Assembly (NCBI GenBank): GCA_033551855.1
Contig: JAWSUI010000015.1
Location: 13,337 to 77,336 of the forward strand
Length of the DNA stretch: 64,000 nucleotides
Reading direction: 5' to 3'
Source of the DNA: Deferrisomatales bacterium
GTDB lineage: Bacteria; Desulfobacterota; Deferrisomatia; Deferrisomatales; JACRMM01
Made by a program: the position numbers and the translations under genes. The notes below the pieces were generated by a model. It did not search any database. It worked only from the letters and a program-made list of their open reading frames with translations, and was not told the origin of the DNA. This document shows positions 19,058-28,462 of this stretch, one piece after another. Positions within the stretch are counted from its first letter, which is position 1. Each line of letters starts with the position of its first letter.

Positions 19058-20422
19058 ATGGACCAGACGAAGTACCTCCTCACCGAGAAGGACATCCCGC
19101 GGCAGTGGTACAACATCGCCGCCGACATGCCCAACCCGATGAAGCCGCCGCTGCACCCCGGCACCGGACAGCCCGTGGGCCCCGACGCCCTCGCACCGCT
19201 CTTCCCCATGAGCCTCATCGAGCAGGAGGTGAGCTCTCAGCGGTGGGTGGACATCCCCTCGGAGATCCTCGACATCCTCAGCCTGTGGCGCCCGACCCCG
19301 CTCTACCGCGCCCACCGTCTGGAGAAGGCCCTGGGGACCCCCGCCAAGATCTACTACAAGTACGAGGGGACGAGCCCGGCGGGCAGCCACAAGCCCAACA
19401 CCAGCGTGGCGCAGGCCTACTACAACATGAAGGAGGGCGTGAAGCGCATCGCCACCGAGACCGGGGCCGGCCAGTGGGGCAGCGCGCTCTCCCTTGCCTG
19501 CAACTTCTTCGGCATCGAGGCGAAGGTGTACATGGTCAAGATCTCCTACGAGCAGAAGCCTTACCGGCGCATGCTCATGGAGACCTGGGGCGGCAAGGTC
19601 ATCCCGAGCCCGTCCAACGAGACGGCGGCGGGCCGGAAGATCCTGGCCGAGAACCCGAATTCCACGGGCTCCCTGGGCATCGCCATCTCCGAGGCGGTCG
19701 AGGACGCCGCCGGCCGCGACGACACCAAGTACGCCCTGGGGTCGGTGCTCAACCACGTCCTGCTGCACCAGACCGTGGTCGGCCAGGAGGCCCAGAAACA
19801 GATGGAGATGGCCGGCGACTACCCCGACGTGATCCTGGGGTGCTGCGGCGGGGGCTCGAACTTCGCCGGGCTCGCCTTCCCCTTCCTGCGGGACAAGATC
19901 GCCGGGAAGGCGATCGACGTGATCGGGTGCGAGCCCACGGCGTGCCCCACCCTCACCAAGGGGCACTTCCACTACGACTTCGGCGACACGGTGGGGATGA
20001 CCCCCCTGCTGCCCATGCACACCCTCGGCCACACCTTCGTCCCGGCCGGCATCCACGCGGGGGGGCTCCGGTACCATGGGATGGCGCCCCTCGTGAGCCA
20101 GCTGCTCAAGGACGACCTGATCCGGGCCATGGCCTTCCACCAGGTGGAGTGCTTCGACGCCGGAGTGCTCTTCGCCCGGAGCGAGGGCATCGTGCCGGCC
20201 CCCGAGTCGAACCACGCGATCCGGGGCGCCGTGGTGGAGGCCCTCAAGGCCAAGGAGGAGGGAAAGGAAAAGACGATCCTGTTCCTGCTCTCGGGCCACG
20301 GCCACTTCGACATGTCGGCGTATGAGGCCTATTTCGCCAAGACCCTCGAGGAGTACGAGCTCCCCGGGGCGGAGCTCGACAAGGCCTGGGACGCGATCAA
20401 GGGGCTGCCCTCGGCCGCCTGA
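19058..20422 (+). CDS. trpB2: TrpB2-type tryptophan synthase beta (stand-alone; indole salvage type)
   Basis: [18 protein letters not shown] (PLP Lys), [24 protein letters not shown]. Confidence 0.93.
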   Translation: MDQTKYLLTEKDIPRQWYNIAADMPNPMKPPLHPGTGQPVGPDALAPLFPMSLIEQEVSSQRWVDIPSEILDILSLWRPTPLYRAHRLEKALGTPAKIYYKYEGTSPAGSHKPNTSVAQAYYNMKEGVKRIATETGAGQWGSALSLACNFFGIEAKVYMVKISYEQKPYRRMLMETWGGKVIPSPSNETAAGRKILAENPNSTGSLGIAISEAVEDAAGRDDTKYALGSVLNHVLLHQTVVGQEAQKQMEMAGDYPDVILGCCGGGSNFAGLAFPFLRDKIAGKAIDVIGCEPTACPTLTKGHFHYDFGDTVGMTPLLPMHTLGHTFVPAGIHAGGLRYHGMAPLVSQLLKDDLIRAMAFHQVECFDAGVLFARSEGIVPAPESNHAIRGAVVEALKAKEEGKEKTILFLLSGHGHFDMSAYEAYFAKTLEEYELPGAELDKAWDAIKGLPSAA

Positions 20423-20429
20423 GGAACCG

Positions 20430-20460
20430 AGGGGGGGCGGGGCCCGGCCCCGCCCCCCCT
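20430..20460. terminator. GC-rich hairpin between convergent trpB2 and trpD-like genes
   Basis: AGGGGGGGCGGGGCC-C-GGCCCCGCCCCCCCT. Confidence 0.6.
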
Positions 20461-20489
20461 TCCCGGCAACGAGCCGTGTCCCGCTCGGG

Positions 20490-21569
20490 CTACGCCTCCC
20501 GGAACCAACCCCGGCTCAGCCGCTGGGTGCGCTCCGCCAGGGCCTCGAGCTTCGCTCTCGCCCCGCCCGAATCCAGGCCCTGCAAGGCCATCCGGACCCC
20601 CTCCGGCAGGCCCTTGGCGACCCCGGCCGCGTAGAGGGCCGCCCCGGCGTTCAGGACCACGATGTCCCGCCGGGGACCCTGCTCTCCTCCCAGCACGGCC
20701 CGAACGATCGCCGCGTTCTCCCGGGCGTCGCCCCCCGCGATGTCCTCCGGCGACGCGCGCCCCAGGCCGAGCTCCTCCGGCGTCACCGCGTACTCCCGGA
20801 TCGCCCCCTCCCGCACCTCGGCCACCTCGGTCGCCCCGCACACGGTGATCTCGTCCAGCCCGTCCTCCCCGCGCACCACCAGGGCCCGCTCCGCCCCCAG
20901 GGCGAGGAGCGCCTCGGCCAGCACCCGCGGGGACTCCCTGGCCCCCACCCCCACGAAGTGGCAGCGGGCCCCGGCCGGGTTTGCCAGGGGGCCGAGGAGG
21001 TTGAAGATCGTCCGAAGCCCCAGCTCCCGCCGCGGGCCGACCACGTGCCGGATGGTGGAGTGGAAGAGGGGCTCGTAGAAGAAGCCGATCCCGACGGTCT
21101 CGAGGCAGTCCTCCACGGCCGACGGGGTGAGGTCCGGCTCCACCCCCAGGGCCGCCAGGACGTCCGCACTCCCGCACAGGGGCGCCACCGCCCGCAGCCC
21201 GTGCCGCACCACCCGGACCCCGCAGGCAGCCACCGCGAAGGCGGTGGCGGTGGAGACGTTGAAGGTCCGGGTGCCGGAGCTCCCCGAGGCCATGAAGGCG
21301 GCGATCGTCTCTTGGTCCACGTTGATCTCGTCGCGGTCGATCGCCACCAGGGGCGCCCCGGCCCGGATCGAGGGCCCCAGGGAGCGCAGCACCCGGGCCG
21401 CCCCGGCGAGCTCCGAGCCGGTCACCCCCTTCACCCGCAGGGCCATGAGGAAGGCCCCGATCTGGGCGGCAGTCGCCTCCCCCCGGGTCACCTCGGTCAT
21501 GACCGCGATCATCTCACCCTCGGACAGGTCCTCGCGCCCCGCCAGTCTCGCCAGCGCCTCCCGGATCAT
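20490..21569 (-). CDS. trpD: Anthranilate phosphoribosyltransferase homologue with degenerate PRPP-binding motifs
   Basis: TFNVST, GSADVL, RRELGLRTIFNLLGPLANP, DGLDEI are present. DTCGTGG is replaced by AFMASGS and KHGN by RHGL. Confidence 0.85.
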   Translation of the reverse strand: MIREALARLAGREDLSEGEMIAVMTEVTRGEATAAQIGAFLMALRVKGVTGSELAGAARVLRSLGPSIRAGAPLVAIDRDEINVDQETIAAFMASGSSGTRTFNVSTATAFAVAACGVRVVRHGLRAVAPLCGSADVLAALGVEPDLTPSAVEDCLETVGIGFFYEPLFHSTIRHVVGPRRELGLRTIFNLLGPLANPAGARCHFVGVGARESPRVLAEALLALGAERALVVRGEDGLDEITVCGATEVAEVREGAIREYAVTPEELGLGRASPEDIAGGDARENAAIVRAVLGGEQGPRRDIVVLNAGAALYAAGVAKGLPEGVRMALQGLDSGGARAKLEALAERTQRLSRGWFREA

Positions 21570-21907
21570 GCGACCTCCCTTCCCCTTCCCGGTTCCCCCG
21601 CATCGTCCCACCGCCGCAACGCCGCGAGCTTACCCGCTGCCGCGGTGTTCTGCCAGACCTCGGGTCCCAACAGACCCCAAGTGCCCCTGTGTCCCCCTGT
21701 ACCCCCCTCGGGACCGGCGGGAGGCTCCCGCAGGTTCCCATGGAACCCATCCCCCCGCCACCGCTACGATGGGGGCACACGGCGGACCGCTCGGCGTTCG
21801 GGAGTCGGGGGTCCGGCGTCGAGGATCCGGGTTGCGGGTTGCGCGTCCCCGTGTCGAGCGGCCCGGCGTCGAGCGTCCCAGCGACCCAACTCCACCGGAG
21901 GAAGACC

Positions 21908-22618
21908 ATGAGGCACCTGCTTCGAAGCCCTGACGCCCGGACCGTCTTTGCCCTGGCGGCCGCTGTGGGATTGGCGGCGTGCGAAAACGCCCCCGCCCCA
22001 CCGGCGGCGGGTCAGGAGCCGGGCTGGAGCCTGGCGGTCGGCGGCGGGCGTCTCGATCTGGACCTGGACTACGGCGGGCAGTCCCTGAACCTGCCCCTCC
22101 TGGTCGCAGAGCAGGCCGGCGGCGTCACCCGCTACCGGGCGGCGGAGCCGGGGCACGCCGCCGTGGTCTCCGCGGCCCGCCGAGTCTGCCGGGACACCAT
22201 GAGCGGCGTGCCTCACCCCTTCACCGTGGAGGTGCAGATCGACGGCGACCGCCTGGCCGGCTGCGGCGGCCAGCCCGTGAGCCTGCTCGCCGGCTCCTGG
22301 GAGGTCGAACAACTGGACGGCGGGGGGCTCCTGGCAGGCTCCCGCATCACCCTGGAGGTCTCCGCCGAGGACCGGCGGGTCTCCGGCCTGGCCTCCTGCA
22401 ATCGGTTCACCGCCGGCTTCGAGCTCGGCGGCGAGGGCCTGACGGTGGCGGGCCCCGCCTCGACCCGGATGGCCTGCGCCCCTGAGGTGATGGAGCAGGA
22501 AGAACGGTTCCTTCACCTGTTGGCGGGAGCGCGCGCCTTCGACCTCGACAGCGGCGGGAAGCTGATCCTCTCCGGCCCCGCCGGCCGCCTGACGGCCCGC
22601 CGCGCACCGGCCCCATAG
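21908..22618 (+). CDS. META-domain (HslJ-like) lipoprotein
   Basis: Lipobox LAAC; C.DTMSG.PHP; SG.ASCNRF; ASTRMAC...MEQE..F. Confidence 0.85.
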   Translation: MRHLLRSPDARTVFALAAAVGLAACENAPAPPAAGQEPGWSLAVGGGRLDLDLDYGGQSLNLPLLVAEQAGGVTRYRAAEPGHAAVVSAARRVCRDTMSGVPHPFTVEVQIDGDRLAGCGGQPVSLLAGSWEVEQLDGGGLLAGSRITLEVSAEDRRVSGLASCNRFTAGFELGGEGLTVAGPASTRMACAPEVMEQEERFLHLLAGARAFDLDSGGKLILSGPAGRLTARRAPAP

Positions 22619-22699
22619 CGCCGGACGCTCACGAGCCTCCAACAGCGGCCCCTCCGGCGCCTCCCCGGTTCCAGCCGGCGAGGGTAAGGTCTGCTACAC

Positions 22700-23284
22700 C
22701 TACGCGCCCCCAGCCGTTCGTTCGTCTTTCCCGGCGCACGGCAAGGTCTGGAGAAACGCCTCAGCAGTGACGATGGGGCACGGGAGCCGGCCGGCAAGGG
22801 CCAGCAGGTGTTGATCGCCGGTGACCAGGAAGTCGGCCCTGCCCTCTACGGCGAGCAGCAGAAAGGCTACGTCAAGAGGGTCCCGGCACGGGGGTACGGT
22901 GGGCCCTCGGGCCGGGACCTCAGCCGGCGCGGCGTAGGGCAGGTAGTCGGCCAGAAGCACCTCTTTCTCTGCGGGGCTGAGGCGGAACTTGGGACAGGCC
23001 AGAACCCGCACGAGCTCCGCCGCGGTATCCCAGGACTCCAGGGGCCTGAAGGCGCCGCGCTGCCAGGCCCAGCGAAACTCGGCCACGACCTCAGCGACGT
23101 CTTCCTCCCCGAGATCGAGCTCGGCCAGCTTGGCGCGGGGCGCATCGGCGCGCTGGATGCGCACCGGCGTCAGCACGATCTGACCGTTTCTGACCTCGAT
23201 GTCGAAGTACTCGGCGGGACCGATCGCGTTGGTGATCTTCTTGGGCAGGGTGAGCCGGTTCTTGGACGTGAGCTTTCCCAGCAT
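22700..23284 (-). pseudogene. In-frame fusion of AbrB/MazE antitoxin and N-terminally deleted PIN toxin
   Basis: MLGKLTSKNRLTLPK...VLTPV (AbrB) runs directly into ELVRVL..PKF, CRDP.D, VTGD (PIN). The PIN N-terminal DTN motif is absent. Confidence 0.7.
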
Positions 23285-23452
23285 GGCCGGCCTCCCAACG
23301 CAAGGATACAAGGAGTCCTTACTACACCCTTCGGTTTCACTCCTCTCAAGCAGCAGCTCGCCCTTGGGTTGGGCGGGGATCTGGTGAGCTGGAGCGCGTT
23401 TCCCCGTGGGCACCTGCGGCTTCGCGCCCTAGCGGGAGGGGGCTTGCAGATG

Positions 23453-23486
23453 AAGAAGGCCGGCCCCCTCGGGCGCCGGCCTTCTT
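23453..23486 (-). terminator. Hairpin terminator downstream of the enoyl-CoA hydratase
   Basis: AAGAAGGCCGGC-N10-GCCGGCCTTCTT. Confidence 0.55.
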
Positions 23487-23536
23487 GTACCTGGAATGTC
23501 TTTCGTCGCTTCGCGGCGTTCGGGCCCTACCACGCC

Positions 23537-24310
23537 TCAGCGGTCCTGGAAGATCGGCGTGCGCCTCTCGGCGAGCGCCCGCTTTCCCTCCGCGAGGTCC
23601 TCGGTGGCGAGAGACCGGGCGAACAGCGCGGCGAGCTCCCCCTCGTCCTCCGAGGAGCCCTCTGGGCCCAGTGCCAGGTGGCGGAGGATTCTCTTCGTCC
23701 CGCGCAGGGACAGCGGGGCGTTGCCGGCGATCTCGCGCACGAGGGCGAGGGCCTCGCCCTCGGCGCCCGTCGCGGGGACGACCACCGAGACCAGGCCGAG
23801 GCGGCGGCAGTCCGGCGCCGTGTACAGGCGCCCGGAGAAGAAGATCTCCTTGGCTGCGGCCAGCCCCACCGTGCGCTGGAAGCGGGCGTAGCCCGCCAGG
23901 GGGTAGACGAGGCCGAGGCGGGCGGGCGGCATCCCCATGCGCACGTCGTCCCCCGCGACGCGCACGTCGCAGGCCAGGGCGAGCTCGCACCCCCCTCCGA
24001 CCGCGTAGCCTCGGAGCAGCGCCACCACCGGGTACGGGTAGCGCTCGATCCGGTCCAGGAGCGCGTGGAGGTCGTCGCTCCGCGCCGCCGGCCCCGACGC
24101 GGAGAGGCCGGTCAGGTCGTAGCCGGCCGAGAACGCCTCCTCGCCGGCTCCCCGCAGGAGCACACAGCGCGTCGCCGGGTCCCGCTCCAACTCGTCGAAC
24201 ACGGCGCTCAACTCGGCGATTCCCTCGTCCGTCAGGGTATTGCGCTTGGACGGGCGCTGGATGGTCACCCGAGCGAACCCTTCTTCCCGGGTCAGCACGA
24301 TCTCTGCCAC
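23537..24310 (-). CDS. Enoyl-CoA hydratase/isomerase family protein
   Basis: AFSAGYDL, GYAVGGGCELALACD, MPPARLG, NAPLS, EDLAEG..A..ERRTPIF. Confidence 0.9.
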   Translation of the reverse strand: MAEIVLTREEGFARVTIQRPSKRNTLTDEGIAELSAVFDELERDPATRCVLLRGAGEEAFSAGYDLTGLSASGPAARSDDLHALLDRIERYPYPVVALLRGYAVGGGCELALACDVRVAGDDVRMGMPPARLGLVYPLAGYARFQRTVGLAAAKEIFFSGRLYTAPDCRRLGLVSVVVPATGAEGEALALVREIAGNAPLSLRGTKRILRHLALGPEGSSEDEGELAALFARSLATEDLAEGKRALAERRTPIFQDR

Positions 24311-24804
24311 GGCCCTCTCCCCTTGGTCTTCGATGAATGCGGGCCACGCCGCCTTCTCCGGCTTCCGAGGGACCGCGTCCGGGAACGCCCACGGCAGCTC
24401 CCCGCTATCCCTCCTCCGGACGGGCGATCTCCTCCGCTCAGAGACCCGCCCCGTGCCCCATCCGGACCGGCAAAGTATCAGATCTGCGCTCCCCACGAAA
24501 AGGCGAGCGCCCAGGGCAAACGAGGGGACGGGGGATGGGCGAGGCGACCCCAACGGAACCGTGGGCGGCGACGTGGCGTCGCAGGACATGGCGGTCCGCA
24601 GATCGCGATCCCAGGGAGCTCGTCCGAGACGTCACTGCTTTGGAGGACCGGAAGCCCGGTGTCCTCGGTGGTCTTCCTCTCCGCCCTGGATGCGCTTCGG
24701 ATTGCGGACCTGTCCCCAATCGAATCCCCCTGGGCGGCGCACCGGGCCCCCCTTCCCTTCCGGTCCGTCCTGCGGTACGAGTGGGAAGGTAGGAGGACCG
24801 CATC

Positions 24805-25671
24805 GTGCCCACAGCCGACGCCATCACGAACGCCCACGTCGCGGACCGCCTCCGGGAGGCGGCGGATCTCCTGGCGCAGCAGGGCGCCAACCCCTACCGG
24901 GTGGGTGCCTACCGCCGGGCGGCCGAGACCGTGTCCCGCCTCGACCGGGGCCTGGAAGAGCTCTTGGAGAGCGGCGGCGTGGAGGGCCTCGTCGCCCTAC
25001 CCGGCATCGGCCAGGGCATCGCCGGCGCCATCCGCGAGCTCCTGACCACGGGTCGCTGGGGTCAGCTCGAACGCCTGCGGGGCGCCTCCGGGCCGGAGGA
25101 GATCTTTCAGGGCGTCCCCGGGCTCGGCCCCAGGCTCGCCCGGCGACTCCACGAAGCACTCCACGTGGAGACTCTGGAGGGCCTGGAGGCGGCGGCCTTC
25201 GATGGTCGCCTCGAGACCGTGCGGGGGATCGGTCCCCGCCGCGCGGCCGCCTTGCGGGCCACCCTCGAGCGCATGCTGGGCCGGCGCACCCCGCGCACGC
25301 GCCCCGAGGTCGAGGGGCCCCCCGTCGCCCTCCTCCTGGACGTGGACCGCGAGTACCGGGAGCGGGCCGCCGCGGAAGAGCTCCCCACGATCGCCCCCCG
25401 ACGCCTGAACCCGGCGGGCGAAGCCTGGCTCCCCATCCTCCACACCCAGCGGGAGAACTGGCATTTCACGGCGCTTTTCTCCAACACGGCCAGGGCCCAC
25501 GAGCTCGGAACGACCCGCGACTGGGTCGTGCTCTACTTCCATCAGGGCGACGGCGAGGAGGGCCAGCACACCGTGGTCACCGAGACCCGGGGCCCGTTGG
25601 TCGGCCGGCGCGTCGTGCGCGGCCGAGAGCGCGAGTGCCGCAGCCACTACGAGGCGGCGCGGACCCCTTGA
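24805..25671 (+). CDS. Helix-hairpin-helix DNA-binding protein with PolX/Pol beta N-terminal domain
   Basis: N..VA..L...ADLL..QGANPYRV.AYRRAA; three HhH motifs (LPGIG, VPGLGP, VRGIGP). No polymerase catalytic domain. Confidence 0.82.
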   Translation: MPTADAITNAHVADRLREAADLLAQQGANPYRVGAYRRAAETVSRLDRGLEELLESGGVEGLVALPGIGQGIAGAIRELLTTGRWGQLERLRGASGPEEIFQGVPGLGPRLARRLHEALHVETLEGLEAAAFDGRLETVRGIGPRRAAALRATLERMLGRRTPRTRPEVEGPPVALLLDVDREYRERAAAEELPTIAPRRLNPAGEAWLPILHTQRENWHFTALFSNTARAHELGTTRDWVVLYFHQGDGEEGQHTVVTETRGPLVGRRVVRGRERECRSHYEAARTP

Positions 25672-25776
25672 CGTCCGTGCTCGGCCGGGTGCCGTTTCGA
25701 GCGACGGGGAAGAGAGGATCCTTTCGTCCCCCCTCCCTGCGGCGAAGCAGAGGCCGGGGCGCTCTCGACACCGGCA

Positions 25777-26247
25777 TCACCGGAAAGGCGCCGGCCCAGG
25801 CTGCACCTGGACCGGCGACTGGGTTTCCCCGGCGCCGGAGATGCCGGCGTACTTGCCGGTGCCGCCCGAGATCTCCAACGTCGTCTTGGGGCCCGCGGCT
25901 TGGAACCTTGCGAAGACCCTGTCCCCGTCTGCGTCCATGAACTGGCACCGATGGGTGCCGGACGGCGTCCCGCCCTTGATCTCGCCCAACCCGACGCAGT
26001 GAACGGAGGTCATGTCCAGAAACGAGCCCGGCGTCTCGGCACGTACGGGACCGGTCAGCTCGAAGCTGAAGGCGAGGTCGGTCTTCGACTCGACGAGGGT
26101 GGCAGAGTTCCCGACGAAACAGTAGGTGGCGCTGAAGTCGCCCTCCCGCGCGAGCTCGGCGGCCGGGGCAGCTCCAGCCCAGAAGGCCGCCGCAGCGAGC
26201 GCGAGCGCGTGGACCGCAGGGAATGACCGGATGCGCGTTGGGATCAT
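25777..26247 (-). CDS. Hypothetical exported beta-rich protein
   Basis: GGAGGA RBS, Ala-rich signal peptide, D.DGD..F and GGTGKY.GI.G.G motifs. Possibly C-terminally truncated. Confidence 0.65.
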   Translation of the reverse strand: MIPTRIRSFPAVHALALAAAAFWAGAAPAAELAREGDFSATYCFVGNSATLVESKTDLAFSFELTGPVRAETPGSFLDMTSVHCVGLGEIKGGTPSGTHRCQFMDADGDRVFARFQAAGPKTTLEISGGTGKYAGISGAGETQSPVQVQPGPAPFR

Positions 26248-26340
26248 GTCGTCCTCCTCTCGTGTGTGCCCGGAGCCTCGCGCCCGACCCGTTCGGGAGC
26301 TTGTCAGACACATCCGATAGGGTATCCTCGGGTCGCCGAC

Positions 26341-26360
26341 CTGACGGTTCGAACCGTCAG
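26341..26360. promoter_or_regulatory. Perfect 20-bp palindrome in a divergent promoter region
   Basis: CTGACGGTTC|GAACCGTCAG. Confidence 0.5.
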
Positions 26361-26381
26361 ATTTTCGCGGGGGAGAAGCCC

Positions 26382-28367
26382 ATGGCCGCGGAGTCCGCCC
26401 AGCCGATCCGGATCGACCTCTCCAGCGACAAGCTGCACGCCTGCCTGAGACCAGGCCACAGCGTCACCTTCCACTTCAACACCCCCTCGCGCCGCTTCTA
26501 CCTGGCCCTGATCGCGTTCCTGGTGATCTGCATGAAGCGGGCGGGGAAGATCGCCTGGGTGCCCCTGCAGGAGCACCTGGACGTTCTCGCGCTGCTGAAC
26601 GAAACCGTGGGAGGGTCGGCCGGCTCGTCGGACGCGGCAAGCCTGCTGGGCCGGATCTACAGGAAATGGAAGGGTGCCCTGCCCGATCTCCAGAACGCGC
26701 CGCTGTTCCGGGTCCTCGGCAGAGCGAGGGGCACCGAGGCGGAGCGCGGCGCGCCCCCCTCTTTCGCCGAGCGCGAGCGCGACCTCTGGGCCAACCTCTT
26801 CGACTACACGGGCAGCGAGGAAAACGTCAGGCTGCGGTTCTCCCTGGACCGGATCGGGCTGGGACTCGACGACGTGTTGGTCACCTGGGGGGGCCTTCGC
26901 GATCTCGAGGCGTGGGACCGCTTCGTGTCCAGCCTGCAGCGGCCCCGCCTCGAGGGAGCGGAGCTCGCCGCGCCGACGGGGCCGCGGTCTTCGCAACCGG
27001 CGACTGATCCTGTGCGCGAGGTCCCTCCCAACCGGGAGAGCTCCCGTGCGCGACGGCTGGCCCTGTGCGCCCTCGCCCTGCTCCTGGCCGGGGGCGCCGC
27101 CCTGACGGCCTGGAAGATGCGGGGCGCGTCCCCCTCCGGAGAAGCCCCGGTGGCAGCCCGCGCCCCGGCCGCCACGGACAAACCGGCCCTCGCGGTGCTT
27201 CCCTTCGAAAACATGAGCGGCGACCAGGACCGGGAGTACTTCAGCGACGGCCTCACGGAAGACCTCATCACCGCCCTCGCGAAGCTCCCCGACATCCTCG
27301 TGATCTCACGGAGCTCCAGCTTCACCTACAAGGGCTCTCCCGTGAAGGTCCAGAAGGTCGCCGAGGATCTGGGCGTGCGGTACGTGCTCGAAGGCAGCGT
27401 GCAGGCGGCCGGCGATCGGGTGCGCATCACGGCGCAGCTGATCGACGCCGAGAGTGGGCATCACCTCTGGTCGGAGCGCTACGACCGGGAGCTCAAGGAC
27501 ATCTTCGCCGTACAGGACGACATTACCTTCGAGATCACAAAGATCCTCTCGATCAGACTGTCGGGGACCGGAGAGGGATCGCACCTGTTCGCGAAGGGCA
27601 CCGACAACCTGGAGGCGTATCTCAAGCTCCTGCGGGGCAAGAGCCTGATGGGGCAGTTCAGCGGGGACGCCAACCTGCAGGCCCGGCAGCTCGCCGAAGA
27701 GGTGATCGGGCTCGATCCCCGGTACCCGAGCGCCTACTACCTCCTCGCCACGACCACCATGATGGAGGTGTGGCTGGGGGTCAGCAGATCGCCCAGGGAG
27801 TCCATGATGAAGGCCATCGAGGCGGCGCAGACAACGGTCTCCCTCGACGACGGCCACGCCGCGGCCTGGGCGCTGCTCGGGTTCCTGTACGCCCAGGTCG
27901 GCCAGCACGAAAAAGGGCTTCAAGCGGGCGAGCTGGCGGTCGAGAAGGCCCCGAGCTCCGCGGAAGCCCACTCCTTCTTGGCGCAGATCCTGAACTTCTC
28001 GGGGAGGCCCGAGGAGGCCGTCGCTCACAACGACAAGGCCTTCCGCCTCACCCCGCTGGGCCGACCCGGCCCCATCTATCTGCACGCGGCCCACACCTAT
28101 CGCCTCCTGGGCCGCTACGGGGACGCCATCGAAGTGTCCAAGGAGCTCCTCGCTCGCACGCCCAACAGCGTTCCGGCCCGCGTGCAGGTCGTGCTCGCCT
28201 ATCAGGGCTGGAGGCGGCCGGAGGAAGCGCGCTCGGCGGCCCAGGAGGTCCTCCGGTACGATCCCGGGTTCTCGGCCCGGCGCTACGCGAACGCACTGAA
28301 GTACAAGGATCCGACGCTTTCCGCCGATGCACTGGAACAAATGCTGGCGGCGGGCCTGCCGGAGTGA
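26382..28367 (+). CDS. Membrane protein: unknown N-terminal domain, TM helix, TolB-like domain, TPR repeats
   Basis: LAVLPFENMSGD..REYFSDGLTEDLIT.L, YVLEGSVQ..GDRVRITAQLIDA..G.HLWSERYDR, then TPRs. Confidence 0.85.
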   Translation: MAAESAQPIRIDLSSDKLHACLRPGHSVTFHFNTPSRRFYLALIAFLVICMKRAGKIAWVPLQEHLDVLALLNETVGGSAGSSDAASLLGRIYRKWKGALPDLQNAPLFRVLGRARGTEAERGAPPSFAERERDLWANLFDYTGSEENVRLRFSLDRIGLGLDDVLVTWGGLRDLEAWDRFVSSLQRPRLEGAELAAPTGPRSSQPATDPVREVPPNRESSRARRLALCALALLLAGGAALTAWKMRGASPSGEAPVAARAPAATDKPALAVLPFENMSGDQDREYFSDGLTEDLITALAKLPDILVISRSSSFTYKGSPVKVQKVAEDLGVRYVLEGSVQAAGDRVRITAQLIDAESGHHLWSERYDRELKDIFAVQDDITFEITKILSIRLSGTGEGSHLFAKGTDNLEAYLKLLRGKSLMGQFSGDANLQARQLAEEVIGLDPRYPSAYYLLATTTMMEVWLGVSRSPRESMMKAIEAAQTTVSLDDGHAAAWALLGFLYAQVGQHEKGLQAGELAVEKAPSSAEAHSFLAQILNFSGRPEEAVAHNDKAFRLTPLGRPGPIYLHAAHTYRLLGRYGDAIEVSKELLARTPNSVPARVQVVLAYQGWRRPEEARSAAQEVLRYDPGFSARRYANALKYKDPTLSADALEQMLAAGLPE

Positions 28368-28426
28368 GTTGCCCACGACCTCCGGTCACCCCGAGCAACG
28401 AGACGCCCACCGGTCGCCGCTCGACG

Positions 28427-28462
28427 CCCTCACCCCAGGCCCCTCTCCCGGGGGGAGAGGGG
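28427..28462. repeat. REP-like element (CCCTCACCCC..CCCTCTCCC..GGGAGAGGG)
   Basis: Hairpin CCCTCTCCC/GGGAGAGGG. Related copies at 30834-30939. Confidence 0.55.
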
